DNA of 64,000 nucleotides from an uncultured Armatimonadia bacterium (GCA_963749155.1 CAVVLO010000003.1:352001-416000), one strand, 5' to 3'. Shown: positions 10,305-20,140, numbered from the stretch's first letter. The notes: generated by a model from the letters alone, not told the origin. Numbers and translations are program-made.

Positions 10305-13084
10305 TTATGGGCCTCCGAGGGCAGTTTTACCAGGTGGTAACGCAATTCGGCCAGCAGCCCGGGCAGGTTGCGTTCGAGCTGCAGGCTTTTCTCTTTTAAC
10401 TTCTGAGGCAGCGCGTCCTTGCCACACGGCTCAATAAAGCCAGGGCAGTTGTGAGTAAGCCAGTCATCAACCGGTTCGCACCAGGCGCGCAAGTACTCAT
10501 TGAGCTTCGACGTCTTGTCAGGCACAGGAGCAAACTTCCAGCCATCAGCCAGCTTGGCTCTCATCCAGCGGATATGTTCGAGTTCGGCAAGCCTGTCGAC
10601 ATCGTCGTCGGGAAGAGCTTGCGGCGACTGGCCTTCACGTGCGGGTACGATGACATAACCTACTGCTCTCAGGCGGCGCGTCAGATTACGCACTGATTCT
10701 CGATTGGCTTCTTTATCCGCTTCGCCAAGTTGCGCCCAATCAGGATAAGCCCTGGCACCAGATTGAAATACTTCACGATAGTTCTCGTGGGACATCCTGG
10801 CCAGTTGTTCGAGCACCTCGCCGCGTATTTCCAGTGAATCTGCCAGAGCCAGGAACTCGGTGCCATCAACGTGGAGATTAAGCTGCGACTCGAGAGGCAA
10901 GCTCGAACGCTCGAACTTGCGACGCGACGCGAGCAGGCTCATATTGATGAGGGCCTCCAGGCTGCGCACGCCATGGTAGTACTTGCTGACTTCAAGGAAA
11001 GCTCCGAGCACACCCAGGTCCATGTTGAGCTCACCTTTACCTTCAGGTTGCTCGAACAGATGGGCAGCGTTGATTTTGAGCAGCTCGCGCAGAGTGACAG
11101 CCCTGCGGATGACATGGTAGGGGTCTCCCCCATCATGGGTGCGATTCGGCCCCATTATGTCAACATAGCCGCGCAACCGGCTCACAAAGTCAGGCCCTTT
11201 AACCTGGCGGAAGGCTTCATCGCCCCCTTCGAGATTCTGACCGAATTCTGCCATCTGATGACAGGTGCCCCCCGCGAAGACGAAGATGGCCGGCCCGATG
11301 GGATGGGTAATCTGGCCCTCCTGGAAGCTGCCATCCTGCATCGGTGAGAGGAAATAGCGCAACCAACCCAACGGCTGATCGTTGAGGCGGGTGTCGAACT
11401 CGTCCCAGAAGACGAGAGGGACTTTACCGGAGAGTGAGACATCTCTTACCTGATGCAGGGCGTCAAGCAGTTGCTCGGGATCGTTGAACTGCGAAAGATT
11501 GAAAGTCTTTTCTTCCAGTTTGTCCTTCGCAAGTGCGCGCGCAAGCTGCTTGATGCCGAAGGACTTGCCCGAACCAGGAGGGCCAAACACCGCCAGATTG
11601 AGCGGTGGGCTCTTGGGCTTGTCGCAATAACTCCGGATAAGCGAAGCAAGCACGCGATAACTCTCGATTTCGCGCCTGTCTACCACTGTCAATTTGCCAA
11701 AGGTAGCTGTAGGCACGCCTGCAAGCCTGTTGCCCAGGCCGTTCAATACTATCCCCCTGGCGACATCCAGCAAGGGGCTTCCTGATCCGCGAGGTTGCTC
11801 TGGGTCTTCGGAAATCTCTTCGCAACTGGCCTGAAGCAAAGTCCAGTAACCATGCCCTGAGCGAAAGCGTTCGGTTTCTGACCAGGCGATAATCGGAGGC
11901 TGCTCTTTGGTTGGGACGACTTGCGAACCTTGCACCCCACCAAACTGAAGCTCGAGTTCCTCCCTGGGCAAAGTCAGATGGCGCACAGGGTCAGCAATCG
12001 GGGCGACCACAAACGCTTCGGCCGGCTGGCTTACGGTATCCGCGACAAGCTGGAGAGGAAAGACCAGCCGGTCAACATCCCCAGGTTGCTTAACAAGCTG
12101 ATAACCTTCGAGATGCAATTTGCGCATGGCGGCCAGTCCACCTTTTATGGCGGCAGGCCAATCTGGGGTGCTGGTCCTCAGCAACTCCCGGGTGACTGCA
12201 GCTGCCAGGCAGGTGTTATATCCGATTATCCTGCCTTCGAAGCCGGCCTCCCAGGAGCCTTCGATGTTATGCGGATCGAAAATCAGCTTGCACAAGGAAC
12301 TGCCATCCGGCTGCCGCACAAGCAAGAGGCACCCAGCAGCCCGGAAGGTGACGATGACAGCGGCACACTTGGACAGACTGCTGATATCACGGTTATGAGT
12401 GAGCTCCCAGAAGGCATCCTGAGCTGTGCGCTCCCAGGAAAGGGCCCGCGATAACTGCATGCCCGAGGCGCGCAGATCATCTGCAGTCACCAGGACAACC
12501 AGCCGGTCGGCATACGCAGGCACCAGTCGCTCCCAAAGAGGCCCCTGGGCAACCGGGTCAGAGAGCTTGAGCAAGATTGGCCCTTTATACTGCTTGCTGC
12601 TCAAGGCAAGAGGCCAGAGCTCGGGTCGCCTCCTGAAATCGAAACCGGCATCGTCAAGCACAACCAGAGCCGGATCCGGCACATCGTCAACTAACCCACG
12701 CCAACCAGCCAACTCGCTAGTTTCGACATCGCAGCAGTCATCAACTCCAAGCAATTCGTCTACGCGCCAGACGCTAACTCTGGAACCGTTTTCCTTAGGG
12801 TAAGGCTTCCACATTGCGAAGGCATGATGATGATCGGGATCGCCCGGGGCGATTGCAGTCAGCGGCGCCTGAGGTTGACGAAGCTCAAACTTCCCTGGCA
12901 GGCTTGCTGCAACCAGTTCGATGACATCAGCCAGCAAGGCGGCGCCACCTCGCTGCCAACAGGCCCGGATGCCCTTGAAGCCCTCAAGCCTGGCCTCGCC
13001 ACTGGGACAACGCATCATATTCCAGTCCATCGTGACATCGCCCGTTACAACGCAAAGGCGGGCAGCATCCTTACGCTTGCGCAT
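10301..13084 (-). CDS. Degenerate PfkB/ribokinase-like domain + P-loop ATPase + tandem RyR domains
   Basis: N-terminal VVTGDVTMDW...GGAALLA. Walker A FGPPGSGKSF, Walker B LVFWDEFD. C-terminal LARMSHENY..WAQLGEADKEANR and LAELEHIRWMRAKLADGWKFAP..DK (RyR repeats). Confidence 0.8.
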   Translation of the reverse strand: MRKRKDAARLCVVTGDVTMDWNMMRCPSGEARLEGFKGIRACWQRGGAALLADVIELVAASLPGKFELRQPQAPLTAIAPGDPDHHHAFAMWKPYPKENGSRVSVWRVDELLGVDDCCDVETSELAGWRGLVDDVPDPALVVLDDAGFDFRRRPELWPLALSSKQYKGPILLKLSDPVAQGPLWERLVPAYADRLVVLVTADDLRASGMQLSRALSWERTAQDAFWELTHNRDISSLSKCAAVIVTFRAAGCLLLVRQPDGSSLCKLIFDPHNIEGSWEAGFEGRIIGYNTCLAAAVTRELLRTSTPDWPAAIKGGLAAMRKLHLEGYQLVKQPGDVDRLVFPLQLVADTVSQPAEAFVVAPIADPVRHLTLPREELELQFGGVQGSQVVPTKEQPPIIAWSETERFRSGHGYWTLLQASCEEISEDPEQPRGSGSPLLDVARGIVLNGLGNRLAGVPTATFGKLTVVDRREIESYRVLASLIRSYCDKPKSPPLNLAVFGPPGSGKSFGIKQLARALAKDKLEEKTFNLSQFNDPEQLLDALHQVRDVSLSGKVPLVFWDEFDTRLNDQPLGWLRYFLSPMQDGSFQEGQITHPIGPAIFVFAGGTCHQMAEFGQNLEGGDEAFRQVKGPDFVSRLRGYVDIMGPNRTHDGGDPYHVIRRAVTLRELLKINAAHLFEQPEGKGELNMDLGVLGAFLEVSKYYHGVRSLEALINMSLLASRRKFERSSLPLESQLNLHVDGTEFLALADSLEIRGEVLEQLARMSHENYREVFQSGARAYPDWAQLGEADKEANRESVRNLTRRLRAVGYVIVPAREGQSPQALPDDDVDRLAELEHIRWMRAKLADGWKFAPVPDKTSKLNEYLRAWCEPVDDWLTHNCPGFIEPCGKDALPQKLKEKSLQLERNLPGLLAELRYHLVKLPSEAHK

Positions 13085-13100
13085 AGGTTTACCTCCAGAA

Positions 13101-14888
13101 TCAAGCCTCAGGCTTTGAGCACTCGCAGTTCGGTGCTCCAGACCGGCAGAGTTCCAGGCCGACGGTGCCCAGCAGGCGCGGCAGGCCCCTTATGGCAGCG
13201 CGATTCTTCTCGCGAGTGGTTTCCTGAAGTTCTCCCCATTCCAGCAGGTCGGGATGAGTCTTGCGTCGAGAGTCCTTGGGACCAGGGGCATACTTCCAGC
13301 CCGACTCTTCACGTTCCTTGCGCCAGCGAGAATGCTCCTTTTGGGCCACTTGCTCAAGTGTTGCTTCATCCAGCCGATACTGGCCGGCATCCAGCCTGGT
13401 CAGAGCGCGGATCCCAAGCCCTGCCTCGGCAAGCAACTGACCAAGCGCGTCGGCCTGGGTGCGGTTGGAGTCCTGCAGTCGTTCGGGCAACTGGCTCCAG
13501 GGCACGAGGGAGGAGTTGGTCTCGGGCGTATCGCCAAGCTTCAGGGCCTCGGCGACATATTGCTCGTGCAGGGCCCTTGCTAGCAGCTCATGGCCGCTTG
13601 AAAGCAGCTGCTCGGGCGTGCAGGCGCGTTCCAGCAAGCCGAAGACCTGCAGCCGATAAGCTTTATGATCGGGCGTACTGACCCGCAGCAGAGCAGCCAG
13701 GCCGTTTTCTTCCTCAAGCCTCACGATGATGGGGGCATCAGATTCGGGCAGCTTGGGCTCGAGTCTTAATGCGGCAGAGACTGCAAGCGGTTCATCGTCC
13801 AGGCATATGAACACCGAGGTCAGTTTGACGCCAGGCTGGGTAGTGAGGAATTCGGCCCTGTGGAACTCGACCGATTCGAGACTAAAATCGCGCGTTGTGA
13901 TCTCGAGGACTTCCTCAACCAGAGGCAGCCGGGTCACCAGGGCGGTCAGACGTTCGGTTGCGTATCTGTCTATCAAGGTTACGAAAGGCTTGGGAGCGCC
14001 TTCCGGCGCCAGAGCTTGCCACTCTATCGCGAGCTGGGAAAGCAGGCTCTGTCCAAACTGACCGAAGCCAACAATCACAAGCGCTGGCCTGGTTGGCAGG
14101 TCCATCGGTAAGGGGCGCGTCTGGCTGAGCAGCACGCGGGCGCCTGCCTCAAACAGATTGAAATACTCTATCCTCAGGCCACTTTCGGCAATTGTGTTGT
14201 AACTCTGCTCGCGCAATAACTCGTAGAGCAGTGGATCGGAGATATGGGCAAAGCAGGTCGCGCGCGGCCCGGAGTTTTTCAGGACCAATTCTCGGCATCT
14301 AAGGGCAATTTCGGCGTTAGAGCCCGCAGGGCCGCAGACAGCGAGGATGTAGCGCGCCCTGGCAACGCGCGCCTTGCGCAGCAGCTCGGGCTCGGTCGCA
14401 TCGCCGTGCAATACGATGGCCCCCGCGTGCCTTGCGGCTTCAATCCGGTCGTTGGCTTCATCTCGCTCGATAATGACAACTCTGAGGCCATCTTTCAGGA
14501 AGGCGCGCGCCCAGAGCAGCCCCTTGCGTCCCAGGCCACAGATGACTATATGGCCAGAATAACGACGCAGGCGCAGGAAAGCGAGTTCCTCGGAGAAGAG
14601 CAACGCCACAGCTTTTACAGCAGTGAAGCCAGCTACAAGCGGAGCAAGCCAGCGAGCCAGTTCAAGCAGAGGCGGGATGGGTCCTTCCAGCGAGCCGGAT
14701 TCGAGCACGAAGAGCTGCAGGGTAAGGTAAAAAGCGCCTGCCAGCGAGTAGGGAGTGCCGGCCTCGAGCCCCTGCTCCAAAAATCCCACTAGCCCAGCAA
14801 GCGTGGCAATCCCCCAGACGAGGGCGACCAGCCACCCCTGCAGGTCGCGCACGAACTCCCAGAAGCCCCCGAGGCGGCCGCTAGCCAA
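13101..14888 (-). CDS. Membrane protein: 2TM channel-like module + two TrkA_N/RCK Rossmann domains + tandem RyR domains
   Basis: Two hydrophobic helices flank AFYLTLQLFVLE. HIVICGLGRKG...GDATEPELLRKARV and LVIVGFGQFG. LARALHEQY..SLVPWSQLPERLQDSNR and EHSRW...GWKYAPGPKDSRRKTHPDLLEWGEL. Confidence 0.85.
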   Translation of the reverse strand: MASGRLGGFWEFVRDLQGWLVALVWGIATLAGLVGFLEQGLEAGTPYSLAGAFYLTLQLFVLESGSLEGPIPPLLELARWLAPLVAGFTAVKAVALLFSEELAFLRLRRYSGHIVICGLGRKGLLWARAFLKDGLRVVIIERDEANDRIEAARHAGAIVLHGDATEPELLRKARVARARYILAVCGPAGSNAEIALRCRELVLKNSGPRATCFAHISDPLLYELLREQSYNTIAESGLRIEYFNLFEAGARVLLSQTRPLPMDLPTRPALVIVGFGQFGQSLLSQLAIEWQALAPEGAPKPFVTLIDRYATERLTALVTRLPLVEEVLEITTRDFSLESVEFHRAEFLTTQPGVKLTSVFICLDDEPLAVSAALRLEPKLPESDAPIIVRLEEENGLAALLRVSTPDHKAYRLQVFGLLERACTPEQLLSSGHELLARALHEQYVAEALKLGDTPETNSSLVPWSQLPERLQDSNRTQADALGQLLAEAGLGIRALTRLDAGQYRLDEATLEQVAQKEHSRWRKEREESGWKYAPGPKDSRRKTHPDLLEWGELQETTREKNRAAIRGLPRLLGTVGLELCRSGAPNCECSKPEA

Positions 14889-14910
14889 GGTCCCCCCTCC
14901 CTGCTGGCAG

Positions 14911-14937
14911 ATTCGCCAGCGCGGGAGGGATTCCTGC
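14911..14937 (-). promoter_or_regulatory. SigmaH-like promoter GCAGGA-N17-GAAT for the RyR operon
   Basis: Exact motif about 22 bp upstream of the TTG start, followed by a GGAGGG RBS. Confidence 0.5.
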
Positions 14938-14939
14938 TA

Positions 14940-17609
14940 TCAGTCTTCCAGCATGAAACTCGGCTTGGCGAGGCTTTGGCTGCGCCAGGTTTGGTCAGGC
15001 TGTTCGAGCCCCTGGGCGCGCGCCTTGCGAGCTTCGGGGGTGCTCAGGGCTTGCTCCAGTTGCTTGCGGAAGAGCTTGAGCTCGCGCGCCTGGGTCTCCG
15101 TCACATAGCCATCGCATTGATAATCAGCCCAGAGGATGCCGGGCACCCCGCCGTTCTCGTAGACCGCTTTGAACCAGGGATAAGCGGCAGTGAGGACGTG
15201 CATCATCGCGCCCTGGCGAGGTTCAGGCAGATTGTAGGCGATGCGATAATCGGTGCCCCAGCGCTCGTTAATCGCGATATCGCGCATATTGTCGAACTGA
15301 GGGAACCAGCAGGGCACGATGCCCTGTTCCACGGCCTGCGAGGTCAGCCAGGCGACTTCACTAGGGGTATAAGGGATTGTCGTGTAGTCGCTGTGGAAAG
15401 CGATGAGGCCCGAGGCTTGAAGCTGCTCCGCAATCGCGCCGGTGCGCCGCTGGCTGTACCAGATATGGCGCAGATGGGGATTAGGGTCCTCCGGATTGAG
15501 GCCTGAGACCATCACGTTGGCGCCTTCGGTGCGCAAGGTGATCTTCGCCCCAGGCACCACGCGCCGGAAGCGCTCCAGCGTATCGGCATAGTTCTTCAGG
15601 CGCAAGTCAGTGCGGAAGGCATCCCAGTCCAGCACGGCCTGGTTCCAGTCGTGGAAGGGATGGGCCGGGTCGGTGTATTCCCAGAGATGCCCGAAGGCAT
15701 TACGTACCTGATTTGCCTCGGGGTCGATCTCTTCAAGGCTGGCAAATTCGGTGTCCCAGGCGGCATTGATGCCGGCAAGGTCGCCATACTTCTGCTCGGC
15801 CCACTTGCGGAACAGCTTGATGACCGAAGTGCCCTCTGGATAACGCGTATTCACATCCTGACGCATCCAGCCGCGGCTGTCCTCGACGCTGATGGGCACT
15901 GTGCCGTCTTCGAGCTGGAAGTAGAGATCGCCCCAGCGGCGGAAGTTGTAGCGCCACATAACATCGGTGGCGAGAATCAGGTTGCGACTGGCGTGGCTTG
16001 CCTGGATGCCTTGTCGCTCCATCGGGAACTGACGGCCAGAAATCCACTCGGCGATAGGGCCAATGTTGTAGCGATCAAAGGGATAACTGCCCCAGCCTTC
16101 GACCTGCAGCCCCTCGCGACGGGCCTGGTCGAGGAAGTACTTCAACCCGTCAGCCCACTGGTTGGAGCGTTCCTCTCCCCCATCCACCTGCCAGGTCTCA
16201 CCGAAGTCTTCATAAAGCCAGGGCATACTGGTCGTCGCGACCACGTTTATCCCACAGTCGCGCATCTGTCTGAGCGAAGCCAGCAGGTGTTGCTCTGGAT
16301 ACGGCCCAAGCTGGACGTTCTGGCGCATATCCGACATCGTCTGGCTGTAGATAGCCGGATAACGCAGGCCGTCCTGGATGACATTGGCCTGGTGGTCAGG
16401 ATCGAAAGTAACCCTCAGGCTGGCGTCGCTGACATCAACAGGCAGCGCGAGGCTCTTGCACGCCACTGGCCCAGTCGTAACGAGCTTCACCACAACGTGT
16501 TTGGTCCAGGGGGCGACCTGAAGGCCCAGCGTGCCGGAAATCGAGTGGACGGCCGGGTCTTTGGGGGCGGCAAGCTGGCCCTCGAAGGTGGTCATAAACT
16601 CCTCGAAGCTGTGGATCCACCGAGTCAGCTTGTCCTCCTCTCCCCCGTTGCTGAGGGTCTCTTCAATAGGCGCAACAGGCGTTTGACGGGCTTCTTTCTC
16701 AACTGTGAAAGGCAGCTCGTGGAAGGTCATCCAGGCGCCTTCCCACATATTGAGCATCCAGTTTTCGTCTTTGTAGCGCCGATATTGGGACCGGAAGCGC
16801 AGCTTGTACTCGCCAGGCGCCAGGCCGAGGTTTTGAGGGGTCTCTTTGGCGCCCTGAGTAACAATCGAGACCCAGGTCTCGTGCGATTCGCCAGGATAGA
16901 GATACTCCAAATCACGGATATAGAGGTTGTAATGCTGCCCGAGGAACCTGAATTCGCCGGCTTCGTCCTTGCGCAGCAGCTCCGGGTTGAGCAGCCAGGC
17001 GCCAAAGCCTTCCGGATCGAGGATTGTGTCACCGGTATTGGTGAACCGAAACTTGAACCAGACCAGATCGCCGGCCTCGACTACGCCGGAACGCGTCAGA
17101 GGGCGGGTATCGAAGCTTGGATAGTGGCCAGGCTCATCGGAGAAGTCCGGTTTCATCACATTGCGTCTGCCGGGGACGATGTGAGCTGTGACAGAGCCGA
17201 GATACTCGACATCCAGCGCGAGCTTGCCGGGCAGCGCCAGGTCGAACAGATCTCGTCCCTTACGGCGAGAGTTGTCCTCGAAAGCGGTGGCCTCGACATA
17301 GACGGGGAAAGCGGGCTGGCTGCCTTCTTCCCAGGAAAGGGTGTAGTTGGAGGGGCACCGTGTCATAGGCCTGCGCTTTTCGCGGCGGTTGAAGGTGAGC
17401 TTGTAGCCGGCGGCTTCGAGGGTGGCAGAGCGCATCGGTACGTTCTCATAGAGGGCCCACTGGCCGGTCTTCTGCGCCTCTCTGGTCAGTGGTTTGTAGA
17501 CAAGCCCACCATCTTCAGCCAGGGGGTATTCCCAAACGGGGGCGGGCCTGGGCACTGCGGCCACGGCAAACTGGGCAAGCGCGAGCAAAAGTATCACTAG
17601 AAAGGGCAT
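14940..17609 (-). CDS. Secreted protein with GH42 beta-galactosidase-like domain
   Basis: Signal peptide MPFLVILLLALAQFAVA. FRKWAEQKYGDLAGINAAWDTEFASLEEI motif typical of GH42-like enzymes. Confidence 0.6.
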   Translation of the reverse strand: MPFLVILLLALAQFAVAAVPRPAPVWEYPLAEDGGLVYKPLTREAQKTGQWALYENVPMRSATLEAAGYKLTFNRREKRRPMTRCPSNYTLSWEEGSQPAFPVYVEATAFEDNSRRKGRDLFDLALPGKLALDVEYLGSVTAHIVPGRRNVMKPDFSDEPGHYPSFDTRPLTRSGVVEAGDLVWFKFRFTNTGDTILDPEGFGAWLLNPELLRKDEAGEFRFLGQHYNLYIRDLEYLYPGESHETWVSIVTQGAKETPQNLGLAPGEYKLRFRSQYRRYKDENWMLNMWEGAWMTFHELPFTVEKEARQTPVAPIEETLSNGGEEDKLTRWIHSFEEFMTTFEGQLAAPKDPAVHSISGTLGLQVAPWTKHVVVKLVTTGPVACKSLALPVDVSDASLRVTFDPDHQANVIQDGLRYPAIYSQTMSDMRQNVQLGPYPEQHLLASLRQMRDCGINVVATTSMPWLYEDFGETWQVDGGEERSNQWADGLKYFLDQARREGLQVEGWGSYPFDRYNIGPIAEWISGRQFPMERQGIQASHASRNLILATDVMWRYNFRRWGDLYFQLEDGTVPISVEDSRGWMRQDVNTRYPEGTSVIKLFRKWAEQKYGDLAGINAAWDTEFASLEEIDPEANQVRNAFGHLWEYTDPAHPFHDWNQAVLDWDAFRTDLRLKNYADTLERFRRVVPGAKITLRTEGANVMVSGLNPEDPNPHLRHIWYSQRRTGAIAEQLQASGLIAFHSDYTTIPYTPSEVAWLTSQAVEQGIVPCWFPQFDNMRDIAINERWGTDYRIAYNLPEPRQGAMMHVLTAAYPWFKAVYENGGVPGILWADYQCDGYVTETQARELKLFRKQLEQALSTPEARKARAQGLEQPDQTWRSQSLAKPSFMLED

Positions 17610-17702
17610 AGGTGGCACCTCATCCATCAGGCTGGGCTGATTATACAAGAGGGAGACCCCTCCTGAAGAGCGAAGTTGCGGCAAACCAGGGGAGTGATGA
17701 AT

Positions 17703-18417
17703 ATGAAACAGAATTTCCCCATATGGGCGTTTGCTTGCCTCCTGCTGCTGGTTGGGCTGGTACTAGCCCTTGCGCTGGCTCAGGAAACCACACCAGCTGC
17801 AGAGGTTCAGCAAGGCCAGCTAATCAGCCTACCGGTACCCGACACGCAGGGCACGATGCCGCTTGAGACAGCGCTTATGAAGCGCCGGTCGGTGCGGGCC
17901 TATTCCGATCAGGGGCTCACGCTGTCCCAGGTTGGTCAGCTTGTCTGGGCGGCCCAGGGGATTACCGAACCGAACCGCGGCCTGCGGACCGCACCTTCGG
18001 CGATAGCGATGTATCCACTTAAAGTCTATGTCATCGTGAAAACCGCCGAAGAACTGGCGCCTGGGGTCTGGCGCTATGTGCCAGCTTCTCATTCGCTGGA
18101 GCGTGTCAGGGGCGCTCTCTCAACCGAAGAAGCCGCTCGCGCGCTGCCCCAGGGGGCTATGAAACAGGCTCCGGTAGTCGTTGCGATCACCGGCGATCTC
18201 TCGATTATAGGGCAGCGCGTGCCTGACAGGGCGCTCGAATGGACGGCAATAGAGGTCGGGCATGTGGCGCAGAACGTCCTTCTGGAGGCTGTCGCGCTGG
18301 GGCTGGCCTCGGTGCCTGCCGCAGGTTTCGATCCCGCCTCGGCGCTTGCCGGCGATGGGCCTGGCCGCTCCCGAGCAGCTTTTCTACCTGCTGCCAGTTG
18401 GTTATCAGAAGCAGTAA
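17703..18417 (+). CDS. SagB/ThcOx-type nitroreductase-family FMN oxidoreductase with N-terminal signal/TM segment; C-terminal frameshift
   Basis: RRSVRAYS, LVWAAQG, RTAPSAIAMYPL, IEVGHVAQNVLL. True end AMGLAAPEQLFYLLPVGYQKQ* lies in another frame after ~18345. Confidence 0.85.
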
Positions 18418-18423
18418 GAGCGC

Positions 18424-19528
18424 CTACTCAGGCTCGGAAAGCGCCTTGTGAAGCCTTGCGGCCTCCTCGGTGAAGGCCGTCCAGCCGGGCTTGGGTTCTA
18501 CCTTTCTCGTTGAAAAGGCCAAGCGAAGTCAGATAATGCATAAAAGTGTCGTCCGCCAAGAGCTCGGGAGCCAGCAAGCCTTCGAGGGCTATCTTAGTGC
18601 CGTCCCAGGGCCAGTCGTTAAGCGACAGCCACGAAGCGCCAAGCAAGCGTCCGCGATTGCGTTCAAGCCAGGCGAACAGCTTGTGGATGAACTCGGCCTG
18701 CACCTCGGGCGAGGAGCCGAGGCTCTCGTGGCTTGCACAGCCAAGCTCTTGCAGGTAGACGGGCTTGTCCCTGGCGGCCTTCAACACCGCATCAAGGGTC
18801 TTCTCAAAGTAGAAAGGACTGTCGGGATTTAGCCCCTCGGTCGTCGCGGGGCCGCCAAACATCTTGCAGGGCATATAGTAGGTGGCACTGAGCACATCAC
18901 AGAAAGGTTCGAAGCGCGGCCACCAACGCTCAACAGAGCCGGCGGTCAGGGTAACGCCTACGGCGATGTCAGGATGCAGGCGCCGAATAATCTGAGCGCC
19001 TTCTTTGAAGAGGACCAGATAGTCTTCCAAAGCCTGCTCGGGCCTTGCGCCGAAGTAGGTATCCACCTCGTTGCCGATAACAATCAGGTCGACCAGGTCG
19101 CCATACCGGGCCACCCAGGCCTCGATATAGGCGCGCCAGCGCGCCAGAGTGAGGGGGTCGGCGAAGCCCCGGTCTTCAAGCCCGGCAGGCAGATGGGCGT
19201 GATCCATATGGACCACATCGCAGAAAAACTGGACATAATACCCGCGTCGCTTGAGTTCGGTCAGGTAGACCCGATACAGGTCCTCTGCCGGGTCTTTGGG
19301 GAAGTAGTACTCGCCCTCGGCGCTCTCGCCCCAGGGAAACATCAGATGGATGGTCTTAAGCCCGAGCTGCTCGGAGAGCGGCCATTCTGTGTCTTTGCCA
19401 GGGCCAGGTATCCCATCAAGGCCAAGGGGCAACGGGCCGGTCAGAGGGCTAGCCGCCTCCTCGGGAAACGCGCAGCCAGCAAATATCACGACGAATAACA
19501 AAAGGCCAACTAGCAGAAGGCTTGGCAT
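18424..19528 (-). CDS. Exported clan GH-A glycoside hydrolase (GH5/GH53-like); C-terminal frameshift
   Basis: Signal peptide with AGC. IVIGNEVD acid/base and VYLQELGC nucleophile motifs. Alternative-frame end PKPGWTAFTEE...*. Confidence 0.6.
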
Positions 19529-19555
19529 AAGGCACCTCCAGGACGACTACTGGTA

Positions 19556-20068
19556 TTACTCCTCGCCGGCCTCTTGGGTTTCATCAAACGACTCCCGTCC
19601 AAGCAAGGCGCTAATCAGGCTGGACTGTTTCAAAGTGAGGGTATGCAATTCGGCCACTTCGCCCCGCAGATGGTGCAACTGATGGTGCAGCTTGGCTATT
19701 TCGTGTTCGGCCTTGCGGTTGACTTCATAGTCCTCTTCGTCCCTTAGCCTGTCGCGCGATTCCGTTCGGTCCTGGCTCATCATAATGACGGGCGCCTGGA
19801 TAGCGGCCATACACGAGAGCACCAGATTGAGCAGAATGAAGGGGTAGGGATCGAAGCGTCCCCGGCCAGTTGTCAGAGAGTTGTAGACCATCCAGACAAT
19901 CAGAACGGCCAGGAAGCTCAGGATGAAAACCCAACTGCCAGCAAAGGCGGCCAGTCGATCCGCCATCTTCTGGCCAAGGGAGAGCTTCTCGTCATGCAAC
20001 TGGGCAATATTTCGGGTCGTCTGTTGAAAATCGGGTGGCAAGTGGTTTTCGTTTTCCTGGACGGGCAT
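19556..20068 (-). CDS. DUF1003 family membrane protein
   Basis: ADRLAAFAGSWVFI...FDPYPFILLNLVLSCMAAIQAPVIMMSQ.R...DR signature. Confidence 0.9.
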   Translation of the reverse strand: MPVQENENHLPPDFQQTTRNIAQLHDEKLSLGQKMADRLAAFAGSWVFILSFLAVLIVWMVYNSLTTGRGRFDPYPFILLNLVLSCMAAIQAPVIMMSQDRTESRDRLRDEEDYEVNRKAEHEIAKLHHQLHHLRGEVAELHTLTLKQSSLISALLGRESFDETQEAGEE

Positions 20069-20092
20069 AGTGCGCGACCTCCCTGGCTTCGC

Positions 20093-20119
20093 GCAGGAGA
20101 GCCGGTCTGGCAGGCGAAT
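20093..20119 (+). promoter_or_regulatory. SigmaH-like promoter GCAGGA-N17-GAAT
   Basis: Exact motif about 21 bp upstream of GTG 20141. Confidence 0.5.
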
Positions 20120-20140
20120 CTCCGGCGCGAGGTGAAGTTA

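Noticed and set aside
6462..14940. Mobile-element boundaries around the RyR operon
   Set aside because: No integrase, transposase, tRNA, att-like direct repeats or terminal inverted repeats seen.
15651..17600. 649-aa plus-strand ORF (likewise 23428..24981 on the minus strand)
   Set aside because: Antisense shadows of real genes in GC-rich DNA; no recognisable motifs.
17703..18417. Azole-RiPP cluster suggested by the SagB-like gene
   Set aside because: No YcaO, E1-like protein or precursor peptide nearby.
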